Below are positions 30,545 to 40,414 of a stretch of 63,699 nt of DNA, in pieces. The stretch is from the NCBI GenBank assembly GCA_037925365.1, contig JAXSNY010000001.1:1-63699 (forward strand), written 5' to 3'. The notes below the pieces were generated by a model. It did no database searches and was not told the origin of the DNA. It saw only the letters and a list, made by a program, of their open reading frames with translations. This stretch comes from Aquificaceae bacterium (GTDB lineage Bacteria > Aquificota > Aquificia > Aquificales > Aquificaceae). A program made the position numbers and the translations under genes. The first letter of the stretch is position 1. Each line of letters begins with the position of its first letter.

Positions 30545-31303
30545 ATGTCCTTGCTTACTCTTAGCATAGTATTCTACTTTCTGGCTTTTGTGTCCTCTCT
30601 GGTCTCTTATTTTCTAAATAAGGCTGAAAAACTTACCCGTCTCTTCCTCTTTGTGGCTCTTCTCTTTTATATGCTTTATGCGATAATTCTATCTGTTAAA
30701 GTGGGTAGTTTCCCCTTTGCGGACACTTATGGCTTTTATTCCCTCTTAGGAAACGTCATCTTAGGCATTCTCATAATCATATCTTTCAAATACGAGTATC
30801 TTTGGAAGTTTTCCGCCTTTTTTGCCATATTTGGGATACTTTCGACCTTACTGGCTATGCCCGCAGAACCCTCACCTTACAGAAGTCCTTTGTATTCCCT
30901 TCATATCACCTCCGCCCTCGCTTCTTACGCTTTTGCTTTTCTGGGTGGGCTCTCATCTATGTTCAAACTCTTTCTTGAGACAAGGCTAAAACACAAGAAT
31001 ATAACTGGCTTTTTTATGCCTCTTAGTCTTCTCAGAGGGGCGGAAAGGCTTTCCATGAACCTGAGCTTTCTATTCTTTACACTTACCCTTATCTTTGGAA
31101 GTTTCTGGAGCAGGAGCTTCTTCGGAAAACACTGGGTAAACGACCCAAAGCTAATATTTGTGCTATACCTGTGGACATACTACGCTGTGGCGGTTCACCT
31201 CAATCTCCTAAAAAGGATAAAACCTAAAACACTCTCCTATGCGGTTATACTTGGCATGGTTTTCACTGTACTTAACATACTCTTTGTCAGACATGAGCTG
31301 TAA
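30545..31303 (+). CDS. Cytochrome c biogenesis protein CcsA family
   Basis: Multi-TM, conserved His, GSFWS..FG..W..DPK (WWD-like). Confidence 0.85.
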   Translation: MSLLTLSIVFYFLAFVSSLVSYFLNKAEKLTRLFLFVALLFYMLYAIILSVKVGSFPFADTYGFYSLLGNVILGILIIISFKYEYLWKFSAFFAIFGILSTLLAMPAEPSPYRSPLYSLHITSALASYAFAFLGGLSSMFKLFLETRLKHKNITGFFMPLSLLRGAERLSMNLSFLFFTLTLIFGSFWSRSFFGKHWVNDPKLIFVLYLWTYYAVAVHLNLLKRIKPKTLSYAVILGMVFTVLNILFVRHEL

Positions 31304-31808
31304 GAGGGTGTTTCTTGTGGGATTTATGTGCAGTGGAAAAAGCACGGTAGGTAGACTTCTTGCTGATATGTTAGGCTGGCGGTTTGTGGACATAGACAAG
31401 GAAGTTGAAAAGACAGAAAAGATGAGTATACCTGAGATATTTGAAACCAAAGGAGAAGACTATTTTAGAAGGCGTGAGTTAGAGGTTCTTAAAGAGTTAG
31501 TCAAAGGAGAAGGACTTGTAATAAGCACAGGAGGTGGATTGGGTTCAAACTCTCAAGCTATGGAGCTAATGAAAAGCTCAGGGCTTGTTGTTTGGCTAAG
31601 AGTGGCTTTTGAAACTTTTTTGGAAAGATGTGGAAAAGACCCATCAAGACCACTTTTGAGAAAGAGCAGAGAAGAGCTCCTTAAACTTTTTGAAAGCAGG
31701 TCTAAAATTTATGGCAAAGCCCACCTTGAGCTTGATGGGACGATAGACCCCTCCTTACTTGCAAAGGATATAATTCATGCTTGCAGAAACTACACTTTTA
31801 CTTTATAA
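31293..31808 (+). CDS. aroK: Shikimate kinase
   Basis: GFMCSGKSTVG, GEDYFR..E, STGGG, RPLL. Confidence 0.95.
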   Translation: MSCKRVFLVGFMCSGKSTVGRLLADMLGWRFVDIDKEVEKTEKMSIPEIFETKGEDYFRRRELEVLKELVKGEGLVISTGGGLGSNSQAMELMKSSGLVVWLRVAFETFLERCGKDPSRPLLRKSREELLKLFESRSKIYGKAHLELDGTIDPSLLAKDIIHACRNYTFTL

Positions 31809-31828
31809 TGAACTCCAGAGGAGGTGTC

Positions 31829-32572
31829 ATGTTGAAAAAAATAGGTTTCCTCTCAGCCTTTGTAGTTGCGGTGCTTACTCTTAATGCCTGTGGGCAGAGC
31901 TCTGCTAAGTGCCCTACAAAGGAACAGGTTAAAACTTCTGTGAAAGACTTTATACCTCAAGATTTTAGCGTTGAAGCTGTATCCCAAGTTCAAAACATAG
32001 GCGGTCTTTGTGAAGTGGTTATCAAAGTTGGAGCACAACCTCTGGTCTTCTACATGGATAGCAAAGGTGAATACTTGCTTGCTGGCAATCTAATAAGCGT
32101 AAAAGACAAAAAGAACATAACCAGAGACAGACAGCAGGAATTTATGAAGGTCTCCGCAGACCAACTTAAAGAAATAGAAAAGTATGTAAATGTGACATAT
32201 GGAGAAGGAAGCAAGTATATATACTTTATAACAGACCCGGACTGTCCCTTCTGTAAGAGGAGCAACCCAATAGTAGAGGAGTGGGCAAAGAAGAACAATG
32301 TCCAAATAAGACTTATCTTCTTCCCCCTTCCAATACACCCAGAAGCCTTTGGTAAAGCGGTGGCTGTAATATGCGACAAGAAAGGCTTTAAGGAATACGC
32401 AGAAGGCTACACTTCAAAGAATCAATGTGAAGAAGGTAAGAAGGCAGTTGAGGCAAACCTTGAGCTTATGAACAAGCTGGGCATAGGAGGGACACCTACT
32501 TTTATAGGTATGAACGGGAAGCTGCACTCAGGGCTTCCCACAGAGGAAGACCTTAACAAGCTCATAAATTAA
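31829..32572 (+). CDS. dsbC: DsbC family thiol:disulfide isomerase (lipoprotein)
   Basis: Lipobox LNAC, TDPDCPFC, GTPT; SD GAGGAGGTG. Confidence 0.85.
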   Translation: MLKKIGFLSAFVVAVLTLNACGQSSAKCPTKEQVKTSVKDFIPQDFSVEAVSQVQNIGGLCEVVIKVGAQPLVFYMDSKGEYLLAGNLISVKDKKNITRDRQQEFMKVSADQLKEIEKYVNVTYGEGSKYIYFITDPDCPFCKRSNPIVEEWAKKNNVQIRLIFFPLPIHPEAFGKAVAVICDKKGFKEYAEGYTSKNQCEEGKKAVEANLELMNKLGIGGTPTFIGMNGKLHSGLPTEEDLNKLIN

Positions 32573-35322
32573 TCTGAGGGTAGCAACAACCTGTACTGTA
32601 GGAATGGCTCCCAATAGGTAGCCTTGGTATTTCCGTAATTGGATGAGTGTCTAACGCCTAAGAATAGTGTATCTTTTCCTATAAGCCTGCCACCTAAACC
32701 TACAGAAAGCCCATACCCTAAACCGCTGGAGGTATTGTAAAAGACTTCAGAGTCAAGGAAAGGAGACAGGGATCTACTCAACATCTCCTTCCTATCTAAT
32801 CCGAACCGCAAGCCTATGCCTACCGTAAAACTATCCGCTGGAAGAACCCTTGGATTTTCAAAACTATACAGTCTTAGCAATCTATTGCTTTTGTTATTTT
32901 TCTCTTCATAATCTGCAAAAGCAGTATAAAACCTAAAAGTGTAATTTGGATAAGCAACCCTTAACTTATAAAATGTTTCAAGATAAAGGTTAAAACCTTG
33001 ACCTATCTCTTTCATGTCTTGCGATTTGAATCTATTGTATTCAAAGGTTGAGCTTAATCCCATACGAGGAGAAAGCGATTTAGAGGCGTTTATGGAAACA
33101 CCATCTTTAACAGCACTTAGGCTCATTATAAAGGTTTCATTTGCAGGTTTATTGTAATATACGGAAGTAGTTATATTATCTACAGTATGTAGCCTTTTAG
33201 AAGCCTTTGCCTCTATACCCGCAAAGTCCTTAATGCCTTTACCTAAAACTGTTCCAATTTCATAATAGCCATTGTTAACATTAATCCTTAATGCAACACT
33301 GTTGTAAACAAAGGAAGACGGAAGTTTTGCAAGTGCTGGATTGCTGTTATACATAAGGAAACCACCTTCTCTGTTAAGCAGTATATACCACTTATCCGTT
33401 AGCACATACATTAAGTGTAGGTTGTATAGCAAATAACCAGTTTTATCCACATTCCTTTGAGAGACTCCGATTCGTATCTGGCTCACATAGGAATCAACTA
33501 ACTGTCTTAGCTGTTCGTATACTAAAACATCCTCTGGATTTTTTTCAAGGCTCTGTTGGGCATGTTCCACAGCCTTCCCATATTGACCAAGTCTTCTATA
33601 GGATTCCACCACATCTCTATAGGGCAATGTATCAGCCATCTCCTCTAAAAGCTGGTTTATGCGCTCCCTATCGTTGTTCTTAAGTGCAAGGTTTAACTCC
33701 ATCCAGGGTTCAAGCTTAGCTTTCTTTATGTTCTTTAGATATTCAATCTCTTCATAAAAGTTATTTACAAAAAGATGCGAAAGGTATATGTTTAACCAAA
33801 TTTCAGGTTTTAACTCCTCCCTCGCTTTAGCTAACAAATCCTGCATATAGTATGATGGAAGTATACCCACACCGCTCATTAAGGTAATTCTAAGTTCATC
33901 AGGGTCCTCCCGCGCCTTTCCATCCTTTAAAACATCTCTAACCAAAGTATATCTTATCATGTTCGCCTCTTCAGTCCTTCCCATAAGATTGAGTGCGTAG
34001 GAGTATAAGAGAAGCTCTTCTTTGCCCTTTTCCTTGATTTGGTCTAAAAGCCTTTTAGCCTTATATCCATTTTGTTTTGACATGTATAGAAGGGCAAATT
34101 CCTTTGGAAGCATTCTTTCTTCAGATGAGAAGTTCCTAATAAGGTAATCTATAAGCTTTCTATCATGGAAACCGACTGCGATGTATATGGCGTTGGAAAG
34201 TAAACTTAAAGAAGGATTAGCCTTCAAGGAATGCAATATAATCTGCCTTGCCTCTTGCTTTCTACCTAACATATACACAGCTCTTGTATAAATGGCAGTA
34301 AGATAGGAATTAGCCAAGAACTTTTCCCTATCGTATTCTCTATATGCATCAACTATACCTTTCCAATCAGCCAAAGCACTAAGACCTTCTACCCAAAGTG
34401 TAAATAGATATTCATTCCTACTCTTTCTATAGCCTATTGATGCATACTCTATAGCTTTTGTATAATTCTTCTTTAAGGAATAATAGGTATAAAGCCTTAT
34501 GTAATCATCTTTGCTTGCCTTGCCCATCTTATGAAGCATCTCAGAAGCCTTTGCGGAAGTTTCTATGTCTTGATTAATCCATGCAAGTTCAGAAAGTTTT
34601 CTTAAGTATAAGATATAAAGCTCTTCCTTATCGCTTTCAATCTTTCCAAAGTATCTCTTTAAAAGCTCATAAGCTTCTTTTTGCTTTCTTTCAAAAAGTA
34701 TGATATCCGAGTAGAGTATAACTTCTTCCGACTTCAATGGTCTAATGGCTTCTAATTTTTCCATGTATTCCCTCGCCTGTTTATATTTCCCATATCTAAA
34801 CTGCGCTAATGCAATATAATAAAGGTATTCATCCTTTTTCTCCTCTCTGTAAAGCTCTTCGGCGAGCTTTATAAATTCTTCTATTCTGCCTGCATTGAAG
34901 AATATAAAATAGATTTCTTCGGGTTTTAGGTCCTCTATTAGCCATGGATGTTTTCTAATAAGATTTACCGCAAAGTCGTAGCGATTTGTAGAAAGTGCTA
35001 ATTTAAAGGTTTCTACTATCCTTTCTCTTACGGGTCTTAATTCTATTAGTTTTAGGTTTGCTTCCATAGCTTCCTCTGTTTTCCCGAGCCAATAAGCCAG
35101 TTTACCATACCACTCCCACCAGTATGGGTCATTCGAATAGATTTCTGCCCCTTTTTTTGCTACCTCAAAAGCATTCTGAAGGTCGCTAGCTCCTAAAAAA
35201 GTGGAAAGAAGCAATCTAAGTAATTCTTTGCTTGGAGCTCCTGCTTTTGGTCTTTCTAAGGAAAAAGTTGAACCAATAAATAGGATACTTGAAATAGTGA
35301 ACATAAGCAACCTCTTAGTCAC
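32569..35322 (-). CDS. pelB: PelB-like TPR plus outer-membrane beta-barrel export protein (C-terminal portion)
   Basis: Signal peptide, TPR-rich region, C-terminal beta-strand pattern (YKLRVAYPNYT, terminal QYRL); in the pel operon. Confidence 0.75.
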   Translation of the reverse strand: MTKRLLMFTISSILFIGSTFSLERPKAGAPSKELLRLLLSTFLGASDLQNAFEVAKKGAEIYSNDPYWWEWYGKLAYWLGKTEEAMEANLKLIELRPVRERIVETFKLALSTNRYDFAVNLIRKHPWLIEDLKPEEIYFIFFNAGRIEEFIKLAEELYREEKKDEYLYYIALAQFRYGKYKQAREYMEKLEAIRPLKSEEVILYSDIILFERKQKEAYELLKRYFGKIESDKEELYILYLRKLSELAWINQDIETSAKASEMLHKMGKASKDDYIRLYTYYSLKKNYTKAIEYASIGYRKSRNEYLFTLWVEGLSALADWKGIVDAYREYDREKFLANSYLTAIYTRAVYMLGRKQEARQIILHSLKANPSLSLLSNAIYIAVGFHDRKLIDYLIRNFSSEERMLPKEFALLYMSKQNGYKAKRLLDQIKEKGKEELLLYSYALNLMGRTEEANMIRYTLVRDVLKDGKAREDPDELRITLMSGVGILPSYYMQDLLAKAREELKPEIWLNIYLSHLFVNNFYEEIEYLKNIKKAKLEPWMELNLALKNNDRERINQLLEEMADTLPYRDVVESYRRLGQYGKAVEHAQQSLEKNPEDVLVYEQLRQLVDSYVSQIRIGVSQRNVDKTGYLLYNLHLMYVLTDKWYILLNREGGFLMYNSNPALAKLPSSFVYNSVALRINVNNGYYEIGTVLGKGIKDFAGIEAKASKRLHTVDNITTSVYYNKPANETFIMSLSAVKDGVSINASKSLSPRMGLSSTFEYNRFKSQDMKEIGQGFNLYLETFYKLRVAYPNYTFRFYTAFADYEEKNNKSNRLLRLYSFENPRVLPADSFTVGIGLRFGLDRKEMLSRSLSPFLDSEVFYNTSSGLGYGLSVGLGGRLIGKDTLFLGVRHSSNYGNTKATYWEPFLQYRLLLPSD

Positions 35323-36359
35323 TTCAATACCTCCTTCTTTATACCTTCCGCAATTTCTTTGGCAAATGTAGGATCACCAGTAGCAAGAGCGGACTTAAGA
35401 ACGAGCTTTGAAACCTCTTCATCCTTAGCAAACTCCATATAGTACATTCTTATGAACTTCTTCAAACCATTGTAATCTTCCTTCCACAAGTACATCTGAA
35501 CAATCTTTGTGAATAACACTTTTCTATCGTTATAACTCCTTGCTTGCAAAAAGAGTTTCTCATACTCTTTTAATTCTATTATTTCTATATTTAAGGCTAA
35601 ACCTGGTTGGGGAGTAGTTAACAAACCCATTGTTAATTCTGCATAAAAGCTCTTATCTAATTTACCGCTTAACTTTTGTATAATGCTTCTACCATCCTGA
35701 TTGTTTTTTACTATATATACCGCATCATTAACGTACTTCCTTCTGTTAGACACATCCTTTCTGTATAGTTCAGAAGCATATAAAAGGGCTTTTTCCACGT
35801 CCATAAGTGCTATGGCATAGCGATAAGCTTGCTTTAACCATTCTATGTTTCCTGTAATTTGATAGAGTTTTTCTGCAGATACCATAACTACGAATGGTAG
35901 GTTCATGCTAATGGCTTCTCTATTTATTTCTATTAAGAGCTCTTTTTCATTCATAGACTTGATGGCTTCCAAAAGATAAGTCTGCATTTTTTGCACATCT
36001 CCATCCTTTTTCGCAAAGAATTTTGCCTTTTCTATTCTGTATAACGCCACATAGGCCTTATCTCTATATCTTGTGTTCAAAAGTTTTTGTGCTTCTAACT
36101 CCGCTTCTTGAAACTCTCCCGCTTGAGTAAGGCTTACTACTAAGTGTAAGCGTATTATATCATCATCCTTAATTTTCAACAAGTTCCTAATGTATATAAC
36201 GTACAGTGTAATGTTGCTTTTCTCTTGAGATAGAGCGTATTCTTCCAATTTTCCTTTAGGAAACAGCATTACACTAACTACAGTGAAAATCAAGATGTAT
36301 GTAATAATTTCCTTAATACTAAAAAACTTACTTTTTACAGTAAGCTTCAATTCTCGCAT
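35319..36359 (-). CDS. Membrane-anchored TPR-like protein resembling the PelB N-terminus
   Basis: N-terminal TM ending LFPK, then Y...LL....D..IRLHL...L..AG.F.EA; lies between pelA and pelB. Confidence 0.6.
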   Translation of the reverse strand: MRELKLTVKSKFFSIKEIITYILIFTVVSVMLFPKGKLEEYALSQEKSNITLYVIYIRNLLKIKDDDIIRLHLVVSLTQAGEFQEAELEAQKLLNTRYRDKAYVALYRIEKAKFFAKKDGDVQKMQTYLLEAIKSMNEKELLIEINREAISMNLPFVVMVSAEKLYQITGNIEWLKQAYRYAIALMDVEKALLYASELYRKDVSNRRKYVNDAVYIVKNNQDGRSIIQKLSGKLDKSFYAELTMGLLTTPQPGLALNIEIIELKEYEKLFLQARSYNDRKVLFTKIVQMYLWKEDYNGLKKFIRMYYMEFAKDEEVSKLVLKSALATGDPTFAKEIAEGIKKEVLK

Positions 36360-39078
36360 TTTTGTTCCCCTTATACCGAACTGTTGTAATTTGTGCTTTG
36401 ACATTTACATTTTCAGGCTTGGGCTCAAAACGCAGTTGACATTGGCTTTCTATTGTAAACTCCAAGGGCACGTTAGCTTTAAGTTGTAAAATATAACTTT
36501 TTTCCCCTTTTTGGAAGCTCAACACCCTGCCATTAGCCTCTATGAGATTAAACCTTGGTTTTTCTTTGCTAAAGACAATTTTGTATTCACCTGAGGAGTC
36601 CAAATTTATGTAAGTGGAATTGTTGATATGCCTATAACCTACCACACCTTTACTGCTATCAAGATCAATATGCGTTAAGAAATCTACCCTTAGTGTTCTT
36701 AAAGTTCCACCACCACGCAGAATCAGTGAATTATCCCTTATATCTTCAAGTAATGCAATGTTTCTATACTCAAGAACTTTCTGAGCGTATTCAGAAAGAT
36801 AAATAGGATTTGGACTTTGATTAAGAGCCCATTCATAGACTCTTTTTAAAGCCTCCAAAGACGCAATTTTTTGTCCAGAATACATGTGATAATAGATATT
36901 CAATGGTTTAAGCCTATAAGGTTTTTCTGTAAGCTCAAAAGTATCTATAACCCTTACAAAGCCGTAGTAGTCTGTCCATAACCTAGTATATATGTTTTCA
37001 TTCATTATAGGAGCATATATCTGAAAGTATTCTCCCTTATTGACACCCATAGGACCTATATACATCCAAAAAGGTTCCTCTCTGTTTATCCACGTATAAC
37101 CACCGTTTACATTATACACACCAGCTTCGTAGGTCATCCTTATGGCTCTCTCGGATGGGTTCGTATCACCAGACCAAAGAAATACCTTTACTCTCTTCCC
37201 TTCGGGTGCAAGCCTTGTATTTATGTATTCTATGGACCCGAAAATTTCTCTACGCAGGTCAAAATTATAGCCCTTTATGGGAAGATTATATTGAATATTT
37301 GGATTAATTTCTCCGCCTTTAACTTCATAAGACTCTAATTCTTGCCACTTGTAAGGGTGGGAAAAGGTATGGGATGCTATTTCCACGTTATCTAAGGAAA
37401 ATATAGATCTTGCTATTGTCTTAAGCCTTTCGGATTTTTCTGGGTATAGACCATATGGAGCTATCTTGCCTTCAATTATGGAAACAGTATGAGGTATGGG
37501 ATAGCGTTTGATTATCTCATCTCTTATCACTTCTCCTATGTTTCTTGAAGGATTGAAATCCGCATAGCCAAAAAAGGCATCCCCGTCTATATGCACTATC
37601 AGCAGTCTTCTACCATTTTCTGTAGTAGTGTCTGGAATAAGAGTCATAGGTTCAAAAATCCTGCTAAGGAATTTTACTGGCTCAACTACAAACAAGTTAA
37701 ATTTATCGGATACACTTATAAATGAACCTATAAAGGCATAACCTCCCCAGTCAGTTATAGCAAGAGGGTAGAATATTTTATCCCCAGCCTTTACTTTTAT
37801 GTAATAATTGGCTCTCTCGGGGACTATCATAGGTATGTTTTCTAAAAGAGGGTTCGCTTCAAAAAACTCAAAGGAACTTTCTACTATTTCATATCTCTGT
37901 CCAGCCCTCAAGGTACCTACATTTCTAAGTGCAAAGGCGTTTAGAAATCTACTTTCTTGAGGAAATCCAAAGGTGTTTAAAAAGAATATTTTTAGTCCCT
38001 CTTTTTGCTTATCTACTAACCACTTAAAAAGCTTCTCTCCTTCATCATATGTTGCAACATCTACAACTATTCCTGCATATATATCAGCCATATGGTAGTT
38101 TAACCTATCATCTGAGAGAGCTTGCTTTACTTCCATTATAACTGGCACGTATCCTATATATTCCAACCAAGGTTGTATAAGTCTGTTTACCACAGTAAAG
38201 GAAGGGTCATTGTAGAGTTTACTGTTGTATAGCATAAGTACTCTTCTTGGTTTCAACTTGTATGTGGATATTCCAAGAGTTCTTAAATATTTGTCAGAAA
38301 CGTAGGGTATAAAACCAAGCTCATATATTTGCTTTGCCACTTCAATCTGTAGTTTTTTATTCTTTGGGTCTACGTAATCTATAACTATAACCTTGTATCC
38401 AAGTTCCTTTGCGGTTTTTAATTGAGACATAAGCCACTCCGTTTCCTCAGGTTTCATCTTTTTGTACATTTTTTTCTTGTCATAACTAATTCCATAAAAA
38501 AGAGATTCTGCCACTATAGCATCCGCTTGTCCTTTAACATCTTTCATTATCTCAAAGCCTCTATTGAGTAGTATTAATTTATCAGGATACTTATTCCTAA
38601 TACTCTTTACTAACTTTGTTAGGTTTTCTCGAGCTTTTTGAAGGTCTTGGGGATTTTTTAGGAAAAGTTGATGACTATCAAGAGTATCTAAAAAAAATCC
38701 GTCAAATGCCTCTAAGCGTGGAAAAACTCTATCCAAAAGAAACTTTATATATTCCTCTTTCCCTATATCCATCACGTAGGAATTCCATACTTCATTCTTT
38801 CCAAGAATCCATTCCTTGGGTATTTCCTTGTAGTAGTCCCTGTATGGTTCAGCCTCTCCAACGCTTACGTAAGCTATGAGCTTTGCTTTTCTGTTTTTAA
38901 GATAGAAGGTCGTCATAACTTTTTTTGTATGTTCACTGTCTGGGTCCACTACGAGCCAATCAAAGACATAAAGAGCTTCCTCTGGAATAGGGTTTCCATA
39001 AATCATGAAGCCAACAGACATATCTTTTGCAATTGCCCTAAAACTAAATATGCATAAAAGTATAATAATGAATATCAT
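36328..39078 (-). CDS. pelA: PelA: alpha-1,4-GalNAc glycoside hydrolase plus polysaccharide deacetylase
   Basis: AYVSVGE, DGFFLDTLDS, NRGFE, AESL, IDY; TTENGRR..HIDGD, SHTFSHP, WSGD, NENIYT, YYH.YS. Confidence 0.9.
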   Translation of the reverse strand: MIFIIILLCIFSFRAIAKDMSVGFMIYGNPIPEEALYVFDWLVVDPDSEHTKKVMTTFYLKNRKAKLIAYVSVGEAEPYRDYYKEIPKEWILGKNEVWNSYVMDIGKEEYIKFLLDRVFPRLEAFDGFFLDTLDSHQLFLKNPQDLQKARENLTKLVKSIRNKYPDKLILLNRGFEIMKDVKGQADAIVAESLFYGISYDKKKMYKKMKPEETEWLMSQLKTAKELGYKVIVIDYVDPKNKKLQIEVAKQIYELGFIPYVSDKYLRTLGISTYKLKPRRVLMLYNSKLYNDPSFTVVNRLIQPWLEYIGYVPVIMEVKQALSDDRLNYHMADIYAGIVVDVATYDEGEKLFKWLVDKQKEGLKIFFLNTFGFPQESRFLNAFALRNVGTLRAGQRYEIVESSFEFFEANPLLENIPMIVPERANYYIKVKAGDKIFYPLAITDWGGYAFIGSFISVSDKFNLFVVEPVKFLSRIFEPMTLIPDTTTENGRRLLIVHIDGDAFFGYADFNPSRNIGEVIRDEIIKRYPIPHTVSIIEGKIAPYGLYPEKSERLKTIARSIFSLDNVEIASHTFSHPYKWQELESYEVKGGEINPNIQYNLPIKGYNFDLRREIFGSIEYINTRLAPEGKRVKVFLWSGDTNPSERAIRMTYEAGVYNVNGGYTWINREEPFWMYIGPMGVNKGEYFQIYAPIMNENIYTRLWTDYYGFVRVIDTFELTEKPYRLKPLNIYYHMYSGQKIASLEALKRVYEWALNQSPNPIYLSEYAQKVLEYRNIALLEDIRDNSLILRGGGTLRTLRVDFLTHIDLDSSKGVVGYRHINNSTYINLDSSGEYKIVFSKEKPRFNLIEANGRVLSFQKGEKSYILQLKANVPLEFTIESQCQLRFEPKPENVNVKAQITTVRYKGNKNARIEAYCKK

Positions 39079-40414
39079 GGATAAACCTCCTCATTAGTAT
39101 TATTCCAATAATTATACTCAAAATAGTTGCTACTGCAAAGCCGTATCCATAAAAATAAGGTCCTAAGTATATACTGAGCAAGCTTAGACCTAAATTACTA
39201 ACCGCATAGACAAATGTTGTTATTAGTGCATAAGTTAATCTATCAAAATAAAACATGATAGCAATAAGACTAAGTAAAACCACTTGTAAGGATGTGCCAA
39301 AAAGAAGGATGTCAAAGAGAGGTATGTATACCTTCGGCAGTCTAAACAAAGTAAAAAGTGGTTCCTGCAGTATGATAATAAATACGCTAAACATAGCCTG
39401 TATTCTAAAGGTATCTAATAACACACCTCTTGCAGAGCTAATAAGTTCATCTCCATACAAATATATCTTATCTAACAAAGCTCCACCTCTCACTGCCTCA
39501 TAATATTTATCGTAATATTCTGCAAACTCCCACTCAATCTTGAGAAACATAGCGGATATACCCGGAGCTATAGAAAGATAAGCTAAAAATATAGGAATAT
39601 CATAGACAATGGAGTAGCTCAAAGGACCAAGAGCTTTCGTGCTGGTGTAGGGATGAAACCAAAAAACCAGTTTGTCTGCCCATATACCTAAATTGTAGAA
39701 AAAGCCTGTTAATATAAGGCTCCTATATTTGTCCTCTTTTATGAATTCAAGGGACAGTAGCCTATCTGAATAGTAGTTTCTAATAGTATACGCGAAAAGC
39801 ATAAAAAACAGAATTGAATTAGAAAGCGTAAAAGCAAACACAAGACCAGTCAGACCGTATTTTATAAAGTAAAGGGATGTTATAAGAAATATGCTGTAGC
39901 TAAATGCATAGGAAAAAAGAATGTATTTGTAGCTTTTAAAGCCAGTAAGAATGGTGTTTAATGTCCATATACACATAAAAAGAGTAAAACATAAGGTAAA
40001 CAAAAAGGCGAAATCATAACTCGTATAAGGTACCAGAGCCAATAGGCTAAATATAAGAGATAGTATAAAGCCTACTGAAGCGTTTAATATTATAGCAGAC
40101 ATTAGATTGGGAATAATAGCATCATGCCTTTTTGCAAAAATCATGTCCGCAAGAAATCTTATTAGGTATAAATTGGTGAAGCCATTAAGGATAAGACTGA
40201 AAGCTACTATGTAAGTTATCACCACTTGAAACTGGGTGAGTTGAGTTGAATCTTTAACAAAGTAGCTTCCAATGAAATTTACAAGAAGTAGAGAGGTTAT
40301 AGTTATAATATATGGACCCGAGCTCAGAGTAAGAGAATATCCAAAAGCGGTAAATATAGAAGTTATACTTCTTTTCCTTAATATCTTCTTAAGCTCAAAA
40401 GCTATGCCCGCCAT
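39044..40414 (-). CDS. pelG: Pel polysaccharide transporter PelG
   Basis: MAGIAFEL.K, SSGP, GIWADK..FW, YD.P.F.AYL, YGYGF. Confidence 0.93.
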   Translation of the reverse strand: MAGIAFELKKILRKRSITSIFTAFGYSLTLSSGPYIITITSLLLVNFIGSYFVKDSTQLTQFQVVITYIVAFSLILNGFTNLYLIRFLADMIFAKRHDAIIPNLMSAIILNASVGFILSLIFSLLALVPYTSYDFAFLFTLCFTLFMCIWTLNTILTGFKSYKYILFSYAFSYSIFLITSLYFIKYGLTGLVFAFTLSNSILFFMLFAYTIRNYYSDRLLSLEFIKEDKYRSLILTGFFYNLGIWADKLVFWFHPYTSTKALGPLSYSIVYDIPIFLAYLSIAPGISAMFLKIEWEFAEYYDKYYEAVRGGALLDKIYLYGDELISSARGVLLDTFRIQAMFSVFIIILQEPLFTLFRLPKVYIPLFDILLFGTSLQVVLLSLIAIMFYFDRLTYALITTFVYAVSNLGLSLLSIYLGPYFYGYGFAVATILSIIIGIILMRRFIHDIHYYTFMHI

